From the IMG/VR virus record IMGVR_UViG_3300042278_000030: DNA of 41,947 bases. One strand, given 5' to 3'. Shown one piece after another: positions 32,789-40,201 of the stretch. Both the position numbers and the translations under genes were made by a program. Each line of letters opens with the position of its first letter. Position 1 is the stretch's first letter. The notes beneath the pieces are model-generated. The model saw only the letters and a list, made by a program, of their open reading frames with translations. It ran no database searches and was not told where the DNA came from. The stretch comes from a virus.

Positions 32789-33448
32789 TTAGGCTCCTTT
32801 CAGGTTTCGGTAAAATTCCGCAGGGTTGTCCTGCTTGAGCTGCAATCGCTCTTTCTCGCTCATTTCAGACCATTTTTTCCCTGCACCCGAGGGTTTGCCA
32901 CCGGTAGCGCCTCCACCAGTAGCGCCGGAATCTGCGAGGTAGTATTCATATTCCTCGCCTTCCATGATCAACCGCTTCAGCTCTTCGGCGCTGGTTACGT
33001 TCTCGCCGCGAACTGTAAACTCATTCTTTTCGATATCGACATCAAACTCAAAATCCGCCTTCAGCAACTTGCGCAGATGCTTGGCGCGGGTTGCGTCAGC
33101 TGGCTTGACCTCCTCGAGAAGGCTGGTGATGAAGTTTTCCACCTTTTCCTTCTTGGTCATATTCAGCAGGTCCGAAAATTTCTTACGCTCGTCCTCTACC
33201 GCTTGGCGCTTCTCGGCTTCCCGCTCTTCGGCAATCCGGCGCAACGTCTCGTTATCGCCCTCCGCCTTGGCCTTTGCCTCCTCCAGTTCTCGGACCTGTT
33301 CTTTGGCGTGTCGAACCTTGTCGGCCAGCTCTTTCTTCTCGGCTTTCAGGTTCTCGTTGGTCACCTGAAGCCCTTTAACCTCGGCATTCAGCTCATCTTG
33401 AGTGTATACCGTGATCGTCTTTCCTTCGCGTTCGATTTGCATTGGCAT
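32789..33448 (-). CDS. Scaffolding protein
   Basis: E/K-rich coiled coil between the portal and capsid genes. ATG 33448 follows AGGTG. Confidence 0.8.
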   Translation of the reverse strand: MPMQIEREGKTITVYTQDELNAEVKGLQVTNENLKAEKKELADKVRHAKEQVRELEEAKAKAEGDNETLRRIAEEREAEKRQAVEDERKKFSDLLNMTKKEKVENFITSLLEEVKPADATRAKHLRKLLKADFEFDVDIEKNEFTVRGENVTSAEELKRLIMEGEEYEYYLADSGATGGGATGGKPSGAGKKWSEMSEKERLQLKQDNPAEFYRNLKGA

Positions 33449-33515
33449 TCTGAGCACCTGTCAGATTGTTGTTACAGCGCCTGCTGTAACGGGTTTGTTG
33501 AATTATAACACCTGC

Positions 33516-34955
33516 TTACTCGAATTCGCTACCGTTCGTCAATAGGGACGAGGCCGCGTCATCCAGGATGGCATCATCCTCCCTGTCCGGGTTAAGGATA
33601 ATGCGCCCCTCTCGGATCATGTGGATGGCGTCAATAGCGCCGTAAATGGTCCCCACGCCCTGCTGAATCGCGGCCAGGTCTTGCGCGCTTAGGCTGGTTT
33701 CCCAGAAAGACTGGTTCAACCGGTACAGTACGCCTTTCGGGTCTTCCCCGGCAAATCTCGCCACGTCCTCAAGGGCCGCTTCCAGCGCCTCGCTGCCATT
33801 GCCAACAAGGTTATCCAGTGTTGACGCCTCAGCACTTGCCGCCAACCTTGCGGCTTCTGCCGTTTCGGTTTGCCCGCCTCTCTGAACCAGGCGCGCACCA
33901 ATGGCCACCATTTGCGCCTCTTCGTGCGCCATCGTGCCCAGAATATCGCCCTGACGACTATCGCCCTGTAATAGCTTTGCAGAGCCGCCGCCCGCCGTGA
34001 CAAGGCCGTTACGCCTACCAATGGTTACGCCGTTGGGGTTAGCCCTTTGGAACTCATCAAGATCCATTGTGCCGATATCAAGATGCAGCGTGCCCTGGGC
34101 GCTGAAGAACTGGTTTTCTTTCAACTCTGCCGTGCTTTGGTAGTGCGCAATGTTCAGCACAGCCATATCGTAAAGCGGAGCAACATCCGGCTCCGGATAG
34201 TTGTTCGTTGCGCCTGCGATGTGGAACGGGATGTGGTCGAACGTAGCGCCGCCAGCCATGCGAGGTGTATATTCTGCCGTCAGAGTTTCGCCGGACTCGT
34301 CGTAAACGGCCTGGCTGTAAACGCCGTCTCTCAAGCGCAATACGCGGTAAATAAGCTTGTCTTCGTGGCCGAACTCGTCGTTCGAATCGTCCACCGATTC
34401 CGCCAGCACGACAAGCGTCAACATCTTGCGCCCGTTAACGCCTTCGAATCGCCAGTTGATAATGCTTTCGGCAGGGTAAGCTGACACCGTAGGCCGCAGT
34501 CCTAGCTGCCTGGCTTTGCGCTTGTCCGACTTGGCCGGAGCTTCCGGGTAATCGACCAATAGGCCATACCGCCCAACGGTCAACAGCTCGCCAACCATCT
34601 CTTTCGCCAGCTGGTCAACGCTCTGTCCCGCCCCGTCGATATTCTCCAGCAAATCCTCAACTGCCTTTGGCAATTCATAGGTAGGCGGCTTTCGGAAAAC
34701 CATCCCCGTCAGGGCTTCTTTGGTGCGGCTTGTCACGCCCATGAAGTAGGCGCGCTCAATGTATTGCCTGTAGCGCACCGGGTCAGCAGGGCTGATCACT
34801 GTACCGCTTGCATCCTTCGTGTCCTCGGCAAACGATGCCGGCAGGTAGACGGTCCCGCGCCGCTTAATTGCGCTCTGCCCCGCCACACAGTCACGGACTA
34901 GCTGCCAATCTGGTAGGTTTCGCGTATAGTCTGGGTGCGGAGTTGATACCGGCAT
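33516..34955 (-). CDS. Portal protein
   Basis: 479 aa, immediately after terL. Confidence 0.9.
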   Translation of the reverse strand: MPVSTPHPDYTRNLPDWQLVRDCVAGQSAIKRRGTVYLPASFAEDTKDASGTVISPADPVRYRQYIERAYFMGVTSRTKEALTGMVFRKPPTYELPKAVEDLLENIDGAGQSVDQLAKEMVGELLTVGRYGLLVDYPEAPAKSDKRKARQLGLRPTVSAYPAESIINWRFEGVNGRKMLTLVVLAESVDDSNDEFGHEDKLIYRVLRLRDGVYSQAVYDESGETLTAEYTPRMAGGATFDHIPFHIAGATNNYPEPDVAPLYDMAVLNIAHYQSTAELKENQFFSAQGTLHLDIGTMDLDEFQRANPNGVTIGRRNGLVTAGGGSAKLLQGDSRQGDILGTMAHEEAQMVAIGARLVQRGGQTETAEAARLAASAEASTLDNLVGNGSEALEAALEDVARFAGEDPKGVLYRLNQSFWETSLSAQDLAAIQQGVGTIYGAIDAIHMIREGRIILNPDREDDAILDDAASSLLTNGSEFE

Positions 34956-35011
34956 ATGGCGTGTCTCACGACAAGGCTGTTGGTTTGTTTCGTATTATGG
35001 CACGGCGCTGA

Positions 35012-36406
35012 TTATAGGGCAAAAGTGACTGGGATGGGTTTGTTTATGCTTCGCCTTGATACAAGCATATCCTGAACCGCATCCATAAGAGGGTCAACCG
35101 TGTCATCATGGGCTGCAACCGGGAACAGGCTCAGCTCGTGCAATAGATCGGACAGGCATTCATGGCGCATTGGCAGCCACACATTGCCAGCCTCGACCAT
35201 GGGCGCGGCGTCGTACCCTCTGGTGATCTTGTCCTTGTCTCGCTGAATACCTTCAACCGGTATGCCGCCTTGCTTTAGCTGCTGGATCAGACCGGTTCCG
35301 CTGGCCTTGTCCTCAACTTTCATTTTCCTAAGATTTCCGGTTCCTGCGTGCCGACACTTATCCCAAAACGCCCGCGCCTGGCTCAAAAGCTGGGGCGCTT
35401 CCCACTTGCCCCTGATCATGTCAATCAGGTAAATCTTGCCGTCTTTGCCCTTGCCCCAGTGTTGGAACACGCTGAAGTCGTTTTCCTGTCCGGTTTTCAT
35501 GGCCGTGTCTGCGTAAATCATGCGGTATTCAAGTGGCGGCAATTCGTGCCAGTGCTTCAGCCACTCGTCTTTAAATATGCCGCCCCCAGACGGTGCGGGG
35601 CGCTGCATGTACTGGCCCGAGAACACGTAACTGTTCGCTGCCTTGAGCCTGTCCAGCATATCTAGCGGGAACTGCTCAGGCCAGAAGCTATCGCCGTTAT
35701 CCGTCATGGCTGGAATGCATAGATGATCCCACTCTTCGCCGTTGCCGCCAGCCAAAAGCCAGCCGGTCAGGTCTGACTCGTGAAGCCGCTGCATGATCAA
35801 GATGATAGGCGTGTCCGGGCTGTTTTTGCGGCTTTCCATGGTGGTGGCGAACCAGTCCAAAACGTTTTGGCGCATGGTCTGACTGTTTGCCTCGCCAGCC
35901 TTGTGAGGATCGTCTATTACTATTGCGCCCTTGAATCTCCCCCCCATGCCTCCGGCGCCATATCCAGTTATAGAGCCTTCCGCCCCAGTTGCGTACACAA
36001 TGCCGCCCTGAGCCGTGCGGAACTCATCCTTTGCTTTTGAGTCCCCGGCCAGTGCGGTGTGGCTGAATATCTCGGCATAGGTTTCGTGCTGCATGATCGC
36101 CCTAACGGCATAGGCGTTTGCGGTGGCGAGCCGCTTGGAATAGCTGGCGTGAATGAATTCGGACTCCGGGAAGTTGCCCATGCACCACGCGATAAAGTTG
36201 ATCACCGCCAGCTCGGTCTTGCCGGAGCGCGGCGGGACGTTAATGATCAGTCGCTTGGTTTTGCCGATTACGACGCGCTCAAGGGCATTGCAGATTTCGG
36301 CTTGGTGCCAGTTCTCTTTTAGCTCCGCACCCTTTCGGGCGCGAAACATGGTCTTCGTAAAGGTGAGAAGGTCGGTGCGGTTGTCCGCGATGTCATTCGG
36401 GTTCAT
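35012..36406 (-). CDS. terL: Terminase large subunit
   Basis: Walker A VPPRSGKT, Walker B-like AIVIDDPH and a C-terminal RNaseH-like nuclease region (HDDTVD). Confidence 0.95.
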   Translation of the reverse strand: MNPNDIADNRTDLLTFTKTMFRARKGAELKENWHQAEICNALERVVIGKTKRLIINVPPRSGKTELAVINFIAWCMGNFPESEFIHASYSKRLATANAYAVRAIMQHETYAEIFSHTALAGDSKAKDEFRTAQGGIVYATGAEGSITGYGAGGMGGRFKGAIVIDDPHKAGEANSQTMRQNVLDWFATTMESRKNSPDTPIILIMQRLHESDLTGWLLAGGNGEEWDHLCIPAMTDNGDSFWPEQFPLDMLDRLKAANSYVFSGQYMQRPAPSGGGIFKDEWLKHWHELPPLEYRMIYADTAMKTGQENDFSVFQHWGKGKDGKIYLIDMIRGKWEAPQLLSQARAFWDKCRHAGTGNLRKMKVEDKASGTGLIQQLKQGGIPVEGIQRDKDKITRGYDAAPMVEAGNVWLPMRHECLSDLLHELSLFPVAAHDDTVDPLMDAVQDMLVSRRSINKPIPVTFAL

Positions 36407-36812
36407 GCTTTGCTTTCAGGGCTGCCAATACGGCGTCCTGGACAGACTGCATTGGTTGGCCTGCCGTGGTGTGGTCGATTTCTTGTCGTGCGCTGTGTGA
36501 CTTCGGGGCCATGCGCTCAGCCGCCCACTTCAGGCCATCCAGCATAGCTCTAGCTGATTGCGGGTCAATCTCTCCGGCGGCCACTCGGTCAACGGTATCA
36601 ATAACCCTGTCAGCGTGCGAAAAGCCGCCAGCTGTCCGCGCTTGCATGTATTGTTCCGAAAACCCATCCCGGTTTTGGACTACAGCAAGTAGCACGGTGC
36701 TGATAGCGGGGAATGACTCATCTCGGCAAATGGAACGCAACGACTCGCCGGACGACAATCTAAAGCAGATTTCGTCTCGGATTTCTTGTGTCATTACAGT
36801 CGGTCTTGCCAT
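36393..36812 (-). CDS. terS: Terminase small subunit
   Basis: 139 aa with an N-terminal HTH (EIRDEICFRLSSGESLRSICRD). Overlaps the terL start. Confidence 0.8.
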   Translation of the reverse strand: MARPTVMTQEIRDEICFRLSSGESLRSICRDESFPAISTVLLAVVQNRDGFSEQYMQARTAGGFSHADRVIDTVDRVAAGEIDPQSARAMLDGLKWAAERMAPKSHSARQEIDHTTAGQPMQSVQDAVLAALKAKHEPE

Positions 36813-36819
36813 ACCTAAC

Positions 36820-36847
36820 AGTATACCTCGAAAAAAAATCCCCGCAA
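36820..36847 (-). promoter_or_regulatory. Candidate promoter (TTGCGG-16-TATACT) ending 7 nt before the terS ATG
   Basis: Minus strand TTGCGGggattttttttcgaggTATACTgttaggtATG. The -35 lies in the terminator stem. Confidence 0.35.
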
Positions 36848-36855
36848 TCGCGGGG
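36831..36855 (-). terminator. Strong intrinsic terminator separating the early region from terS
   Basis: Minus strand CCCCGC gatt GCGGGG followed by TTTTTTTT. Confidence 0.7.
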
Positions 36856-36998
36856 CAAGATGGAGAGAGAGGAAGCCCCGACTATCTGCCGCCGTCGGGA
36901 TGGCGGGTTTTGGCGTGTGGCGTCAGGGCGTGACTCCAGATTACTCCGCCGCTGGCTGCTTAGTCTGTGACACCACAACCACCTTTTCGCACCACACT

Positions 36999-37088
36999 GA
37001 TCAGCAGCCTCTGACCGGCCTGCAACGAGCATCCTGTAGGCGTTGGCGGTTGGCGGGCGCTCGTCTCAGATCTCAGAGACTGCTGATC
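36999..37088. other. Nested imperfect inverted repeats in the 328-bp non-coding region upstream of terS (cos/pac or structured-RNA candidate)
   Basis: Outer arms GATCAGCAGcCTCTGA (36999-37014) and TCAGAGaCTGCTGATC (37073-37088). Inner arms ACGAGC (37025-30) and GCTCGT (37059-64). Tandem TCTCAGA TCTCAGA at 37064-37077. GTTGGCG occurs twice. Confidence 0.5.
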
Positions 37089-37102
37089 GGTGTAGTAACA
37101 AC

Positions 37103-37130
37103 CCCAACGTACTCGCGCAGAGGTTGGGGG
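37103..37130 (-). terminator. Possible terminator after the OMP-like gene
   Basis: Minus strand CCCCAAC - 14 nt - GTTGGGG followed by ttgtt. Long loop and weak U-tract. Confidence 0.3.
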
Positions 37131-37140
37131 CGTATTGCGC

Positions 37141-37590
37141 CTAGTATAGCCCAACCCTCACCGTCAAAGCCAGCGCCTCGCCGAACAGCACAAAACCAGG
37201 CTGGACACGGTACTTTGTGTAGTGCAGCGACGGAAACGCCATCGGACACACTCGCGCCTTATCGCCGTCATCGCCATAGCAGCTCCTGTAGCCGTGCACG
37301 GCGCCGACATACAAAGACCCGCGCCAATCGCCCCACTGCTTCGACCATCCGTAGCCCGCAAGGTATGAGCGCCGCCCGTAGCTGTTGCGGAAGGTGGCCG
37401 CCATGACTGAGCCAACCTCTACGCCGATCAGATCGTGACTGCTGGTGTAATCGACCTTGTTGCCTGTGACGATGTGGTAGCTCCAGCCTCCGGCGTGCAG
37501 GGCGGTTTCTGCATGCGCGGGCACGCATAGGGCCGTAGCGGCCAGAAAGGCGAAGATGGTGGTGATGCGGTAGGCTGTGTTGGTTTTCAT
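37141..37590 (-). CDS. Secreted small beta-barrel outer-membrane-like protein (moron candidate)
   Basis: AAGGAtttccccATG at 37590. Signal peptide MKTNTAYRITTIFAFLAATALCVPAHA|E. Alternating hydrophobic pattern with a C-terminal ...LTVRVGLY aromatic end. Confidence 0.7.
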   Translation of the reverse strand: MKTNTAYRITTIFAFLAATALCVPAHAETALHAGGWSYHIVTGNKVDYTSSHDLIGVEVGSVMAATFRNSYGRRSYLAGYGWSKQWGDWRGSLYVGAVHGYRSCYGDDGDKARVCPMAFPSLHYTKYRVQPGFVLFGEALALTVRVGLY

Positions 37591-37690
37591 GGGGAAATCC
37601 TTGGGAGCTGCCATTGGCGGGCGGTTGGGGAGATGATGTTAGGCCAGTTTTACGCCATGGCCCCGGGCCTGAGCCCAGGGCGGAGGCTGG

Positions 37691-37999
37691 TTAATCTGGC
37701 AGACGTATACGATGAGGGCCAGGGATTATGCGCAGTATACTAAACCCGTATTCAATGCTGTTTTCCTGCTCTTCTTCTGGAATTTCGACATATTCTTGGG
37801 CGCCAGGATGTTCGCACATGTTACGAACTCGGACTGGAAAAGTAGGGACCTTCCCATAAGCCATCCAAGCAGACCAGGTTTTGCGGTAACCGTTCCAACC
37901 GTAATCTCGGCAGAACCATACGCCGTCCGTGCGCTCCGCTACTTCGACTGCACGGCCATAAGAATCGTACCCGCTGTAAAGTCGCCTAGCTTTAGCCAT
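37691..37999 (-). CDS. 102-aa hypothetical protein
   Basis: GGAGAaatgttATG at 37999 (internal to ORF 37691..38140 in the track). Confidence 0.6.
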   Translation of the reverse strand: MAKARRLYSGYDSYGRAVEVAERTDGVWFCRDYGWNGYRKTWSAWMAYGKVPTFPVRVRNMCEHPGAQEYVEIPEEEQENSIEYGFSILRIIPGPHRIRLPD

Positions 38000-38033
38000 A
38001 ACATTTCTCCGCATTCCGTGTTGGTATTGTTGA

Positions 38034-38062
38034 ACTATACCTATCGGGGCTGCCACTGTTAA
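38034..38062 (-). promoter_or_regulatory. Sigma70-like internal promoter
   Basis: Minus strand TTAACA - 17 nt - TATAGT. Confidence 0.5.
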
Positions 38063-38091
38063 ATACCGATTAGCATCAACAGCCGCCCGCC

Positions 38092-38313
38092 TTATAACTT
38101 TTCGTTGCCTGCCTGGCGTACCGGCAACAACCGCCAGCACTCATGCGGGTATCGCGGCGCACTGTCAATGCTGACTGGCTGACTGGCGTCGGCCTCCAGG
38201 TAGTCCAGGTACCGCTTGCACCGGCTGCGCTGCGGGCAGAGCCTGGTGCGGTTTGCGCCTGTGCATAAGCGGGCGGGTGTCTGGGTCATTGGGCGTGCTG
38301 CTGTCAGTCCCAT
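38092..38313 (-). CDS. Cys-containing basic hypothetical protein (start 38313 or 38289)
   Basis: Open frame in operon orientation. Weak SD. Confidence 0.45.
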   Translation of the reverse strand: MGLTAARPMTQTPARLCTGANRTRLCPQRSRCKRYLDYLEADASQPVSIDSAPRYPHECWRLLPVRQAGNEKL

Positions 38314-38618
38314 ACGTCCTTACCTGTTTCTGCGTAGTACCAACTTGAGTCCATTTGAGCGGCGCGCATAAAGCTCTCAACATCACCCATGTTCAGCAGG
38401 CCGATGATGTCGTTTTCTGTTGCTGTCTGCTCAATCAGCTCAGGCTCAACGCCAGCCTCGATCGCGGCTGCGAAGCTGTGGTGGCCGTCAAGGATCACCT
38501 GATATTCCTCGCCCTCGTACTCAAACGTCGGGCTTACTTGCACTTCAAAATCCTGCGCCTCAATCTTCTTAGCTACGATTTCGTCGTCGATATAGCGCTG
38601 GCTGCTGATAAGTTTCAT
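38304..38618 (-). CDS. 104-aa acidic protein with ParB/Srx-like core (DGHHS)
   Basis: YQVILDGHHSFAAAIEAGVEP resembles the ParB N-terminal/sulfiredoxin-fold DGHHR...A..G motif with Arg replaced by Ser. SD GAGGAAAGGAAAATG. Confidence 0.7.
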   Translation of the reverse strand: MKLISSQRYIDDEIVAKKIEAQDFEVQVSPTFEYEGEEYQVILDGHHSFAAAIEAGVEPELIEQTATENDIIGLLNMGDVESFMRAAQMDSSWYYAETGKDVWD

Positions 38619-38653
38619 TTTCCTTTCCTCGTTTCCGTCTCTCTATGGTTCCC

Positions 38654-38683
38654 ATTATCGCAACCACGGCCCCTACTTGTGAA
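38654..38683 (-). promoter_or_regulatory. Candidate promoter (TTCACA-18-TGcGATAAT)
   Basis: Minus-strand hexamers with an extended -10 TG, about 35 nt before the ATG at 38618. Confidence 0.45.
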
Positions 38684-38725
38684 ATATCAATTGGTAGCAA
38701 AAAGCGGTTTGCTTATTCCGTTTTG

Positions 38726-38833
38726 TTAGTGAGCCGGCTTTGCTGCCGTTGCTGCCGCCAGTATCTCTTCCTGTATCGCGCAGTTGTACAGCTCTTCGTT
38801 GTTGTGATTGGCCTGTTCTGCGTTGAGTGTCAT
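38726..38833 (-). CDS. 35-aa mini-ORF
   Basis: AAGGActaacaccATG. Sequence MTLNAEQANHNNEELYNCAIQEEILAAATAAKPAH. Confidence 0.35.
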   Translation of the reverse strand: MTLNAEQANHNNEELYNCAIQEEILAAATAAKPAH

Positions 38834-38837
38834 GGTG

Positions 38838-39155
38838 TTAGTCCTTTTTTGTGTCTAGTAGCTTATTCACCAATGCACTGCCCTCACTGTAAACCTCGCT
38901 GTCCTCAATGCTGAAGCTATCAATTCCGACCAGCATGCAGCCAAGAGCCTTATCCAGCAATTCCACCAAACGATAATGATAATTCGCGGCGGTTACGATG
39001 AATTGGGCGTTGGCTTCCGCTTCTGACTTATCTGGCCATTTCCTGTCGCCCTCCCAACTGTCGGTTTCGTAAGGTTTTACCCATACTCCGCTATGGCTAA
39101 CTACAGCCTCACCATCTACAACGCTCCAAGGTAGCGGCGTATGCCTATCGCTCAT
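38838..39155 (-). CDS. 105-aa hypothetical protein
   Basis: ATG 39155 forms an ATGA overlap with the release-factor-like gene. Sequence begins MSDRHTPLPWSVVDGE... Confidence 0.7.
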   Translation of the reverse strand: MSDRHTPLPWSVVDGEAVVSHSGVWVKPYETDSWEGDRKWPDKSEAEANAQFIVTAANYHYRLVELLDKALGCMLVGIDSFSIEDSEVYSEGSALVNKLLDTKKD

Positions 39156-39364
39156 TGTGATTCCCCTCTGGACAACTTCTCGTTTATTCGGCGCATACAC
39201 TCATCCCGATTCTGATGCTGCGACCGGAAGTCTTCGCAAGTCTCCGTCAGGCCGCTTGGGATATGCGTAACCTTTATGCCCTTGGACATTCTTGGAACTT
39301 GCATGCCGTGCCCAGACCTTTGCGGCCACTCCTGGATTACCCAGTCGTTACACTTGCTCATCAT
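39152..39364 (-). CDS. Stand-alone class-I release-factor GGQ-domain (RF-1 domain) miniprotein with GMQ in place of GGQ
   Basis: QRSGHGMQVPRMSKGIKVTHIPSGLTETCEDFRSQHQNRDECMRRINEKL aligns by eye with RF2 [51 protein letters not shown] (from memory). It is only 70 aa. Confidence 0.8.
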   Translation of the reverse strand: MMSKCNDWVIQEWPQRSGHGMQVPRMSKGIKVTHIPSGLTETCEDFRSQHQNRDECMRRINEKLSRGESQ

Positions 39365-39659
39365 TCGCCTCCTTATTCTTCAGCCTCGCCATAACATCCT
39401 CAAACGATCCGGCGGGCTGGTGGTCTTGGTTGATCTTCCTGACTTGGCGGCAGTTGCAATCCCATATATCTGTTCCGTCGGGGCCAATAGTTCCTGTTTT
39501 TATTTCTATGCCGTCGGGCTCGCTTGGTCCTACAACCGTGCACAATTTTCCTAAATCAGGGTCGTTTTTGATTTCAGAGTCAACCAAAACAACCTCATCG
39601 CCCACCCGCAATGGCCTTCCGTCGATGTCGTGTCCAAGAACTGCGCTCATCTCTTCCAT
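39348..39659 (-). CDS. 103-aa hypothetical protein
   Basis: ORF in operon orientation, overlapping its neighbours at both ends. Confidence 0.7.
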   Translation of the reverse strand: MEEMSAVLGHDIDGRPLRVGDEVVLVDSEIKNDPDLGKLCTVVGPSEPDGIEIKTGTIGPDGTDIWDCNCRQVRKINQDHQPAGSFEDVMARLKNKEANDEQV

Positions 39660-39826
39660 TGCACATACTCCATGAATGCATCAAACCCATCGACGTCTAC
39701 CCCGTTATCGTCTCCCCACTGCTCGGCAGCGTGCTCAAGCATGGCTTGCCGAGCTCCATCCGGCATTTCGTCATTATCAACGGCAGACATATAGCCAAAC
39801 ACCTGAATTTTCTGATACTCACTCAT
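39647..39826 (-). CDS. 59-aa acidic miniprotein
   Basis: Not in the ORF track. Sequence MSEYQKIQVFGYMSAVDNDEMPDGARQAMLEHAAEQWGDDNGVDVDGFDAFMEYVQWKR. Overlaps its neighbours by 8 and 13 nt. Confidence 0.55.
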   Translation of the reverse strand: MSEYQKIQVFGYMSAVDNDEMPDGARQAMLEHAAEQWGDDNGVDVDGFDAFMEYVQWKR

Positions 39827-40022
39827 CTCGCCCCCTCAATCTCTTGTCGCCTACAGCGCCCTTGTCGTTGTTGGTGGCAGTCTGCCCAGCGTTAAGCACC
39901 TTATGCGCCTCCACGGCCTTCCTGAGCCCGTCTGCGTAGCCGTTTCCGATACGGCCCAGGTAATCATAGTCCTCTTGCTTGATGTATAGGTTGCGGCGGT
40001 TTTTGTCGGTTGGGCGGGTCAT
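39819..40022 (-). CDS. 67-aa ribbon-helix-helix-like protein
   Basis: NRRNLYIKQEDYDYLGRIG...GLRKAVEAH fits a beta-strand/helix/helix RHH layout. ATGA overlap upstream. Confidence 0.55.
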   Translation of the reverse strand: MTRPTDKNRRNLYIKQEDYDYLGRIGNGYADGLRKAVEAHKVLNAGQTATNNDKGAVGDKRLRGRDE

Positions 40023-40201
40023 AGTGCAAACCTCCAGCCGCCGTTGGTGTCCATTTCCACTCTGCGCCAGCCGCCTGGAATAACATCGGCTTGAAAGCGG
40101 TCTGTGTCGTCAAGGTCTGCAAACCGGTACAAGCCCGCCTCGTATGAGACTGCGTAAACTGCCCGGTTGTTTGGCTCCAGGTAGAATCCTAGGTTTTTCA
40201 T
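40019..40201 (-). CDS. 60-aa hypothetical early protein
   Basis: ATG 40201 forms an ATGA overlap with the upstream ORF. Sequence begins MKNLGFYLEPNNRAVYAVSYEAGLYRF... Confidence 0.6.
   Translation of the reverse strand: MKNLGFYLEPNNRAVYAVSYEAGLYRFADLDDTDRFQADVIPGGWRRVEMDTNGGWRFAL

Noticed and set aside
32507-33508. 333-aa ORF on the + strand antisense to the scaffold and capsid genes
   Set aside because: It is the mirror of an E/K-rich coiled-coil gene: GAA/AAG codons read antisense as TTC/CTT, giving a Leu/Phe-rich stop-free frame. It has no RBS, runs opposite to the operon, and the sense-strand genes have clear structural identities.
36856-36960. Possible tRNA or tmRNA-like gene in the non-coding block upstream of terS
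   Set aside because: I could not fold any 70-90-nt segment into a cloverleaf with an acceptor stem, a T-arm GTTC motif and an anticodon loop. Only isolated hairpins are present.
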